From: the human T2T-CHM13v2.0 reference genome, Homo sapiens
Direction: 5' to 3' (one strand)
Length of the DNA stretch: 64,000 nt
NCBI RefSeq assembly: GCF_009914755.1
Contig: NC_060941.1
Positions 14,040 through 23,252 of the stretch are shown here, in pieces (position 1 is the stretch's first letter; each line of letters opens with the position of its first letter). Made by a program: the position numbers and the translations under genes. The notes beneath the pieces were generated by a model. It saw nothing but the letters and a program-made list of their open reading frames with translations, did not search any database and was not told where the DNA came from.

Positions 14040-14194
14040 TCATTCAGCCCGCGGCTGGCGGCAGCGGCGGCGGCCCCGGCCGGGCGGAGCCGCCATGGGA
14101 GTCCGCAGCAGCAGTGGAAGCAGCAGCAGCGGCAGCCGCGCGCAGCCCGCGCCAGGGAAGCGTGCGCCCGAAAGGAGCTCCGGTGGCGCGGCAT
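14036..14194 (-). other. Candidate uORF (52 aa, Cys-rich), with its stop overlapping the main ATG (ATGA)
   Basis: ggcATG at 14194, manually translated as MPRHRSSFRAHASLARAARGCRCCC FHCCCGLPWRLRPAGAAAAASRGLNE*. It is below the ORF-track length cut-off. Confidence 0.45.
14040..14096 (-). other. Candidate uORF (18 aa, MAAPPGRGRRRCRQPRAE*), in frame with ASIC2b, with its TGA directly abutting the main ATG
   Basis: cccATGG at 14096, ending ...GCT GAA TGA ATG AGC. It is a uORF only if the transcript starts upstream of 14096. Confidence 0.55.
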
Positions 14195-15539
14195 GCCCGC
14201 CCGGCGCCGCCGCTGCCGCCTCCGCGGGCGCCCGCCCGGGGCTGAGCGCCTCCTCAGCCCGCAGCCCCTGGCAGTGGCCTCTCCCGAGCGCCTCCCAGGC
14301 TTTCCCGGCCCCTGGTCTTCCTGGAGGATGCCCGGCGCCCGGCACTACTTCTGGAGGGGTCCCACTGGGAGCCGCCTCTCCAGTCCCTGGGTGCTGCGCC
14401 CGCCTCCCCTCGTCCTGGACCTCGGGGGACCCTGAGCCGAGTCCCCCCTGCCCCGCCTAACCCCAGCTTTTACGCTGGTCCTGGGAGAAGGGCCACTCGG
14501 CCACCATGCCTGATCTGGACATCCCCAGGGACCCCACCAGCCCGGCCCGTAGCCCAGCGGTGCTGGGACACGGGAGAGAAGGCGCCAAGGAACGAGCGCC
14601 CCCAGAGGCGCACCGCGGCTCCTGGCTGGGCGGGCGGGGTGGGTGTGTACCGGGGTGAGTGGTCGCCTTGCCGGCTGCCGCCTTCTTTCCCTTCCCCTCC
14701 AGGACCCTTCCTTGTTACTGCTCCCTGGGCTGCGCTCGGCAGAGACCTGCTTAGGCTTCCCCAAGTCCTGCGCCTAAGTCCTGCCAGGCGCCCGCTCTCG
14801 CCTGGGGCTGAGAGCTTCTCAGGGCGTCCTGCGGGAGGCTGTTCGCCGCCGGGGTCCTTCAAGGATGCTAGCCGCAGGGAAGTGTCGCTTCTCGCCTCGG
14901 CTCTCCCAGGTGCCTCGCGTCTCCAGAAAAGCCCGGCCTTGCTGTCTCTCGCGTCTTCTCTCTGCCCCCGCGGCGACAAGAGCTGGGGACTGCGGGGACC
15001 CGCCAACACCTCCCGGGGGTGACCCGGACTCGCTGCTCCGCGCGCCCTTCTCCTCTCGAGACTCCGAGCTCGCGGTGGCCGTGACGCCGGCTAAGCTCCT
15101 TCCCCGGTTGCCCGGGAGAACCCTCTTTGGGCCCCAGGCGAACTTGGGCAGCGGCCGCGCGACGCTGGCGCGGCTGGGCTCCGAGCACCTGCTCCTCAGC
15201 TCGCTGGCCCCGCGGCTCCGGGCGGGCGGGGCGGCGGCGGCCGTGAGCGCCGTGCGCTCCTGGAGACGCGGTGCTGACGCGCCCGGCTCCTCCTCGCTGC
15301 ATTTTAATTCCTGGCCACTGTGGCCGCTGCACACCGAGCGGGAAGCCTCTTGCTGGAGTCGGCCGGGTGCGGGGGTGGGGTGTGGTGGGGAGCGGGATGG
15401 GGATGCGCTGTACAGATGTGCTCAGGTGTATGGGCTTGTGGGAGAGATAAGTAGTATAACCATTGTGCTGATGTGGCCCCAGTGTAGACAGGGGTGAGAG
15501 GACTCCTGAGGGTGTGAGATGGGCTGTAGAGAGAGCGAG

Positions 15540-15890
15540 TTGCTGTGTAGTGTGGGCATTTGAACACGATTGCGAGTGTGGTGCCAAGTATTGGGTGTGC
15601 GTAGGATGTGCATTGTGTATGTGTGAATGGGCATTTCTGTGAAACTCTTGAATGTGAGCATGTCTGCGGGTGGCGTGCTGTGGCCATTAGAGTGTGGTGC
15701 ATGCAGGATGTAGTGTCTATGGTGACGTGTATGTTCCGTGTGTGTATGTGTGCACTTAGTGAGTCCTGGGTTTGAAATGCATGTGTTGATGTGTGGATGG
15801 ATATCAGGGTTTCTAGATGTGGTGTGTGGTTGGTGTGTTTTGTGTGTGTGTGTATGTGCATGTGTTGTATGTAATGAGTATGTGTGTTGA
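15540..15890. repeat. TG-rich low-complexity tract upstream of the CpG island
   Basis: Degenerate (TG)n. Confidence 0.75.
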
Positions 15891-16486
15891 GGCATTGCGA
15901 GCAGGGTAGGCTCAGTGCGACAATCCTCCCCTCAGCCTCTTAGGGACATCCCATGTGTGTCCCAGCCCCTTCCCTGGAAGTGCCTACTGCTCAGCCCTGG
16001 CCCAGTCTGCCAAGCACAGCTCTCCAAGAGGGTGGGAAGGGGGAGTAGGACTTCCAGGGACAGGAGACTCCATCTTTCCCATTCCCCTTGCTGGGACAGG
16101 GAACACTTGGAGCCCCATTACTCCATGAGATAAAGGGGTTTTCCAGACATTATCCGGAGAGTAGAATTTGGTGGTGGAGGCAGTGTGAAGGGACTCCAAG
16201 GGTGGGAGGATGCTCCAGTGGAAGAAGGACCAACGTGTGTATCCTTTGGGGAGAGGAGGCTTGGGGAAGCAGAGATTTGGGTGTGGAGAGGAGTTTTACC
16301 ATCTTTGTAATGATGAATTAGGGGCAATTTGGCCAGATCTGTTGAATGAGCTGTGGGTTTCCAAGCAGGAGAGAAGCAGTGCTGGGATGGGCTTTCCCTC
16401 CCCACTGACCTGAGGGCACCCTTACAGCGTGATGACTCCCTGCATCTGGTCTCTGGAGAAGAGGACCTCTGAGCCCCTCATTTCCC

Positions 16487-16690
16487 ACTCACCCACATAC
16501 ATACATCCACACAGTCACACATGTACAAGCACACATATACACAAACACACACACACACTACACATACAACACACATATACATGAACATACATGTATACCA
16601 ACATATACACTTAAATGCATATATACCCAATGCATACTGCATACATACATACACACAACACACATACATATACACAACACACACACACCT
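16487..16690. repeat. CA/TA-rich low-complexity tract
   Basis: Degenerate (CA)n and (CATA)n. Confidence 0.85.
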
Positions 16691-17779
16691 GGAAACCCTT
16701 CTCACTCATCTGGGGAAAAAGCTATTGCAGTTGGGCATTGATGACAGTTTGCTTTGGGTTTGGTTGCTTGAAGATGTCTGTTGCTGGCTTTGAGGGGAGG
16801 GTTCTGAAGCTGCCTGCTGTACTGGGGCCTCTACCAAAGGCTCATACTCCAGTGCTCCCAGCCTGGTCTCAAGGGTCCTGGAAATGCCACAGTGACCCGT
16901 GTCTTGGCCAAGGTGGGGTGACCTAGTGACCTCAGTGCAGTTACTGATGAAGCAACCAGGACAAGCATGTGCCATCTTCCAGCATCATAAATCTGGAGTG
17001 GCATGAAGCTCTATTTTATAAAAGCCTTTAAAACATTTTGGGTTTCTGATGTGTTCAGCTGTTGTGGGCTTGCTCTTTCCTAGCTATTTCCCCCTTGAAA
17101 TGTACATGTGCTACTTTTGATTGACCAACTGTCTTCTCTGCCATGGGATTTCCTGTGAATTCTCCAGATGGTAGCTCTTTCAGGGAGAGGAGGGGTATCC
17201 TGCTTAGGCCTCAAGGGGCCTTGACACAGAAATCTAGAGAAAGACACACGGGCAGCTAGTGACTCCAAGCAATGATTGATGGCTCTCTTTATGGCACATG
17301 TATGCAGCACATTCTCTATGCAACTTGAAATACTCCCACCCTCTTCTCTGACCAGTTCTTTGACCAGCCCAGTGAAATTCTGTTCTTTCTTCAAATCACA
17401 GCTTATGCATTGCCTCCTAGGTCAAGGTTTCCTTGATTCTCCCAGACAAACTTGGGTCATGTTTTTCCTATGATCCCAGCATACCTTGGAAGATTGATAC
17501 CTCTAGGATAGCCCTTATCATTGTTTGTGTCCAAGCCTTTCTGCTGGACTATGACCCGTTTGCAGACAGGGACTACACCTCCTTCATATTTGTATCCCTA
17601 CCTCTTAGCACAGTGACCTAGCACGTTGATGAAACACTGTTACCGGGGAAGAGGAAAAAGGAGCTAGTATTTCTTGAACAACTACTATACGCCAGGTACA
17701 GAACTAGGCACATAAATAAATGTTATTTAATTTCTCACTCCAACTCTGCGGGGGAGGTATTTTGGCCTTTTTTATACAC

Positions 17780-17908
17780 TATTTGTTTTTTAGGGATGAG
17801 GGTCTTGTTATGTTGCCCAGGCTGGTCTTGAACTCCTGGGCTTAAGCTGTCCTCCTGCCTCAGCCTCAGAGTGCTGGGATTACAGGAGTGTGCTACCATG
17901 CCTGGCTA
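17780..17908 (-). mobile_element. FLAM / Alu monomer
   Basis: TGTTGCCCAGGCTGGTCTTGAACTCCTGGGC...GTGCTGGGATTACAGG. Confidence 0.85.
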
Positions 17909-18779
17909 TTTTTACCATTGTTGATGCAAATCCTTGGTGCATGCACAGGATTTGAATCCAACTCTAACTCATTTCAAAGTGCAGGGCTTCCCCCCTCCAT
18001 CATACTTCCTTACAAAATTATATTATTATGATAATAATATAAATGTGGGACTTCCTAAGTGCTAGGGCCTCCTGTAAGTGTTTTACACTAAAAACAAGTA
18101 TCATACATGCTCTAAGTGTTTAATCCTCAAAATGAGGCAAATACCATTTTTTCTCTACTTTAAAGAGGAGGAAACTTTAACCACAGAGAGGTTAAGTTAC
18201 TCACTTTAAGCCACACAGCTACCAGTCAGGAAAGCAGGCTTTGCCCAGGTAGTCACTCCATCCCTGTGTTCTCCAGCCCTAGTCCACGCTGCCTCAGTTC
18301 TCAGAGGTACTTGGACACAATAGCTCCTGTGGATTAGTGTTACCATCCTGGAAGACTCCCTTGGCCAGAAAAACAAATTCATGAGGCAGAACAGGGGTGA
18401 CCCACATAACCTCTCCACCAAGAAATTAGCATTTAGCATTGTGATGTGCCAATCATAAGTTTTTAGGAAAATTTCCCTTGTTTATCTCTGAAACATCTGT
18501 TCACCATGCCTGGTGTTCTGGCATTCTGTGTGATGTTGTGTGCAGTGGCAGGAAAGTCTTCTGGCCAGCCTGCCCTCATTCTGGGGTATAACCACCACCA
18601 CCACCACCACCACTGATAAGCTGTTTTCTCTCATTAAATGAATCTGTTGGGAGGGGAGATCAATGTAAGTGAACACGGTTTTCTGTTTTTGTAATACAAT
18701 TTTCAGAGCTGACACTTGTGTGGCTTGATCAGGTTTCACTGGATCCCTCAGTGTTCCTGTTTACCTGCTACTCAGAGGC

Positions 18780-19150
18780 TCAGAATTGGAAAGTATCTGA
18801 GATACTACCTAAGCCTCCTTCCTGCCCACTGTAGGAATCCGTTCAATACATTCCTTCAGTGACAGTGTAATCAATTCTATTCTGGAACATCTTGCTGTGT
18901 TTAAAGCTTCTTCCTTTCATCAGATTGAAGTCTGTCTCCATGTGAATTTCTCCCATTTCTCCTAATTTATCCATGGGGACCCACACAAAAATAACTTTGG
19001 TATTTCTTTCACATGGAAACTCTTCAAACTCTTTATAGAATCAGAGCACGTTGATGCTGAAAGGGGTCTAGCAGTCCACCTGCTAGTGAAGTCCTCAAGA
19101 CCATCCTTTCTTCTCCAGGCTAAATGTCACCAGTTCCTTCAACTGTTTCT
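18780..19150. mobile_element. Probable ancient L3/CR1-type LINE remnant
   Basis: Weak resemblance by eye (AGAATTGGAAAG..., TTCTTCTCCAGGCTAAATGTCACCAGTTCCTTCAAC). Confidence 0.35.
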
Positions 19151-19465
19151 CCTGTAGTTTTTGCTCTTGAGATAGGCTCTTGGGTGTGAATCTCCTCGCA
19201 ATGTGATCCTCCAGCCCTGTGGAGTATAAGCCTACCAACCCTTTTACTCTTGATCTGGTACTTCTAGCTCCTGATATTTCTGCGGGTGGTTGGGGGCTCT
19301 TGACCGTCCCCTTGCTTCAGGGATTTCATGGAGGTGGTGGGTGGAGAGATGAAACAGCAATGATGGGTTCTTGGTGTGCTGCTTAGAATGCTGTATGCAC
19401 TTTCTTTTAGGGCTGTTATGCAAATGGTGATAAGAGCCACATTACTTTTAATATTAAAATTCATT

Positions 19466-19750
19466 GGCCAGGTGCAGTGGCTCACGCCTGTAATCCAGCA
19501 CTTTGGGAGGCCAAGATGGGCAGATTGCTTGAGCTCAGGAGTTTGAGACCAGCCTGGGCAACATGGCAAAACCCTGTCTCTACAAAAAACACAAAAAATT
19601 ACCTGGATGTGGTGGTGCACGTCTGTAGTTCTAGTTACTCAGGAGGCTGAAGTGGGGGGATCCTGAGCCTGCAAGGTCGAGACTGCAGTGAACTGTGATC
19701 ATGCCACTGTACTCCAGCCTCGGGCATCAGAGTGAGACCCTGTCTCAAAA

Positions 19751-19786
<36 letters not shown>

Positions 19787-19789
19787 AAA
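19466..19789 (+). mobile_element. AluJ-like element with (TAAA)n tail
   Basis: GGCCAGGTGCAGTGGCTCACGCCTGTAATC... dimeric Alu, with tail at 19747-19789. Confidence 0.93.
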
Positions 19790-20020
19790 GTTTATTGATG
19801 TTATGAGGCACATGGGCTTTTGTGGGGGTAACTGTGACCCTAAATCAATCTCTTTTTTCCCCTTTCTCTGCCTTTTTTTTTTTTTGGTCTTATTTCTGTA
19901 GTTTTCGTGGCTCTGTGTCAGTCTGCCTCCCTCTCCCCTCCTGTCTTTCCCTTCTCTTCTTCTCTTCCCTTTTTCTCTCTCCAACTCTGCCTGAAGCTAG
20001 GGGTGCTCTCTGATACCTTT

Positions 20021-21184
20021 TTATTATTTATTTATTTATTTATATTATACTTTAAGTTTTAGGGTACATGTGTACAATGTGCAGTTTTGTTACATATGTA
20101 TACATGTGCCATGTTGGTGTGCTGCACCCATTAACTTGTCATTTATATTAGGTATATCTCCTAATGCTATCCCTCCCCACTTCCCCCACCCCACGACAAG
20201 CCCTTCCTGTGTCCAAGTGTTCTCATTGTTCAGTTCCCACCTATGAGTGAGAACATGCGGTGTTTGGTTTTCTGTGCTTGTGATAGATTGCTGAGAATGA
20301 TGGTTTCCAGCTTCATCCATGTCCCTACAAAGGACACAAACTCATCATTTTTTATGGCTGCATAGTATTCCATGGTGTATATGTGCCACATTTTCTTAAT
20401 CCAGTCTATCATTAATGGACCTTTGGGTTGGTTCCAAGTCTTTGCTCTTGTGAATAGTGCCGCAATAAACATACGTGTGCATGTGTCTTTATAGCAGCAT
20501 GATTTATAATCCTTTGGGTATATACCCAGTAATGGGATGGCTGGGTCAAATGGTATTTCTAGTTCTAGATCCTTGAGGAATCACCACACTGTCTTCCACA
20601 ATGGTTGAACTAGTTTACAGTCCCACCAACAGTGTAAAAGTGTTCCTATTTCTCCACATCCTCTCCAGCACCTGTTGTTTCCTGAGTTTCTAATGATCGC
20701 CATTCTAACTGGTGTGAGATGGTATCCAAATCATGAGTGAACTCCCATTCACAATTGCTTCAAAGCGAATAAAATACCTAGGATTCCAATTTACAAGGGA
20801 TGTGAAGGACCTCTTCAAGGAGAACTACAAACCACTGCTCAATGAAATAAAAGAGGACACAAACAAATGGAAGAACATTCCATGCTCATGGATAAGAGGA
20901 ATCAATATTGTGAAAATGGCCATACTGCCCAAGGTAATTTATAGATTCAATGCCATCCACATCAAGCTACCAATGACTTTATTCACAGAATTGGAAAAAA
21001 CTACTTTAAAGTTCATATGGAACCAAAAAAGAGCCTGCATCCCAAGTCAATCCTAAGCGAAAAGAACAAAGCTGGAGGCATCACACAACCTGACTTCAAA
21101 CTATACTACAAGACTACAGTAACCAAAACAGCATGGTACTGGTACCAAAACAGAGTTATAGACCAATGCAACAGAACAGAGCCA
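20021..21184 (-). mobile_element. 5'-truncated, 5'-inverted (twin-primed) primate L1PA with 12-bp TSD
   Basis: 20021-~20727 is the antisense L1 3' end (tail, 3' UTR, ORF2 C-terminus ...WMKLETIILS...HRMFSLIGGN). ~20727-21184 is a sense ORF2 fragment ([17 protein letters not shown]...[10 protein letters not shown]). TCTGATACCTTT occurs at 20009-20020 and 21185-21196. Confidence 0.93.
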
Positions 21185-21954
21185 TCTGATACCTTTCAGT
21201 CAATGCTACTGGTGGCATGTGGGGCCCTAGAGGTGGCCAGTGTTATAGCATCTAAGCAAATGTCCAGGAGTCATGATGGGGACACCTGTACTGGTGGAAG
21301 GAGAGAGAGGACTTCTCCCCTGCGGTTTTACTCATTGCACATGGATATTCCTACACCCTTCCCTTCTTTCCACCATGGAACTGGCACTGGAGTTGTTGTT
21401 CCTTCCTTCCTTTCATGTGCTTCAGCATCTCCACTGCCTTTCTCCCTCACTCTGTTTTTTTTTTGTACACGCTTGGCCTCACCTAATTCTCTCTTTTTCT
21501 GGGGTCTTTTTTAGATGCACCAAGTGGTTTTTTGCCCTTTTAGTCATTCTCATTTTACTTGACTTCAAGCTCTCAGCTCCCTTTCTTCTATCACAAGCAA
21601 TTCCCAGGTATAAGAGGTCAAAGAAGGGGCCACGACCACCAAAAGAAAGAACGTGGGCTAGAAGGACCAGGTCCAGAGTAAAAGGAGCTAGGAAGCTCAT
21701 GCTCCACAGGGCTGGAGGAAGTGTGGCTGAAGCGTTGTGGTCCCTGCTTAATAGAGAACCCTGTGAAGTGGGAGCTGGGTATAAAATATAATTTAACCCT
21801 TTCACTTTCAGCGGAGGAAGTCAAGGTCCAGAGTTGGGAGAGACTTGCTGTAAATCACACCGGTTGATACTGATAAAGGGCACAACCAGAATCCAGGTTC
21901 CAACTTCTAACTCATTCTCTGCTCACCCTATGAGAGGATCTTTAAAAAGAATCC

Positions 21955-22180
21955 ATTTTGAAATTGGTAACATATTCACATGTTTCAAAAAACACAAAAG
22001 AGTATCTAGTAAAAAGTTTCTCCACCCCATCCCCAGCCCCCACAGCCACCCAGTTTTCCTCCCTGGAGGCTCCCAAAGCCATCAATTTCTTGCGTGGTCT
22101 TTTAGAGATACTTTATGAATATACATAAGTGTACATAGTCTTTATATGCCCTTTTTTTCTACACAAATGGTTGCAGTCAG
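21955..22180 (-). mobile_element. Old L1M 3' fragment
   Basis: Resembles antisense L1MC/ME 3' UTR by eye. Confidence 0.45.
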
Positions 22181-22914
22181 TGAATGTTGTTGACTAAAGT
22201 AATTGTATTTCATGTTCTTCACACCTTTTTTTTTTCAGTATTTTCAGCTAGTTTATGGTTGCCTTCCTTTGGCACCTCATTTCAACTTCTGTTATTTTCC
22301 TTAACTTCTCATTTCCCATTATCCTGTTTTCCCATCCAAAAAGGACAGCAGGTCCTATGACAAGGTGGTACACAAGCTTGTCATCTTATGATCAGATTTT
22401 CCCTTAACCCTTTGCTAGATACCCTAATGGATGAAAGCTCTCATGTGGATAATCTTAAACAGCAGGTTATGCAGATATTTCTGTTTGCCTCTGAAGTGCA
22501 TTATGTTGTGTATTTGCATAAGATTTAATTTTCTTGTCATATTTTTCTCAGGCTAATTATAACACACGCAATTGAATGTCCTAAGCACACAGCTCTTCTT
22601 GGTCTAGGAAGATGGTCCAAACATGCCTTGGTTGGCAGAGAGATCCAGTTTAGGATTCAGAAGTTTCTGTAACTAACATTTAGAGTGGGTAAAACATAAC
22701 AGGGAGAGAACCAGAAGGTGTTAGTGCAAAAAGTCATCTTAACGAGCATGCAGTTTAACTAAGATAGGAAATTGAGGTAAGTTTAGTGACTTGTCCCTGG
22801 TCACTGAGAAGTTGACATAATGAAGATGATGAGGATGATAATGATATTTGATAGTTGACATTGATTGAGCATTATCTGTAAGGCACTGTGCTCAGTGAAC
22901 ATGATTTAACTCAT

Positions 22915-23252
22915 TCTTTTTATTCATTTATTTATTTATTTATTTATTTTAGAAAAAAAAATGATGTCTCACTCTGTTGCCCAGGCGGGAGTGCAGTGGT
23001 GGTGATCTCGACTCACGGCAACCTCCGCCTCCTCAGTTCAGGAGATCCTCACACCTCAGCCTCCCAAGTAGCTGGGACCACAGGTGTGCACCACCATGCC
23101 TGGCTAATTTTTTTTTTTTTTTGTATTTTATGGTAGAGATAGGGTTTCACCATGTCATCGAGGCTGGTCTTGAACTCCTGAGTTCAAACAATCCTCCTGC
23201 CTCGATCTCCCAAAGTGCTAGGATTGCAGGTGTGAGCCACCACGCCTGGCCA
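22915..23252 (-). mobile_element. AluJ-like element with (TTTA)n tail, inserted in a MIR
   Basis: Antisense dimeric Alu, with TTAACTCAT on both sides as a probable TSD. Confidence 0.92.

Larger units (their letters stand above)
13240..15420. promoter_or_regulatory. ASIC2: CpG island covering ASIC2b exon 1, its 5' UTR and the presumed alternative promoter
   Basis: Very high GC and CpG density against CpG-depleted flanks, with GC boxes (GGGCGG) at ~14628-14640 and ~15220-15235. The TSS cannot be fixed from sequence alone. Confidence 0.9.

Noticed and set aside
14097-14345. Signal-peptide-like ARLPLLLLPLLL in the frame upstream of ASIC2b
   Set aside because: It comes from the (CTG)n tract, the ORF starts at GTG, it is separated from the CDS by TGA, and ASICs have no signal peptide.
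15255-15280. REST/NRSE site in the neuronal promoter
   Set aside because: Only the left half (TCAGCACC, minus strand) is present, without the GGACAG half at canonical spacing.
13063-15587. Many long overlapping ORFs (127-239 aa) on both strands of the CpG island
   Set aside because: Stop codons are rare in very GC-rich DNA. The products are low-complexity A/G/P/R sequences with no recognisable domain, and many begin at non-ATG codons.
15304-16926. His/Thr- and Cys/Val-rich ORFs
   Set aside because: They are translations of (CA)n/(TG)n low-complexity tracts.
20090-21514. ORFs resembling reverse-transcriptase-associated protein
   Set aside because: They are frameshifted fragments of L1 ORF2 from a truncated, rearranged insertion.
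21190-21810. Possible processed pseudogene next to the L1 (172-aa and 108-aa ORFs)
   Set aside because: I could not recognise any protein similarity, poly(A) or TSD. A BLASTX search would be needed to exclude it fully.
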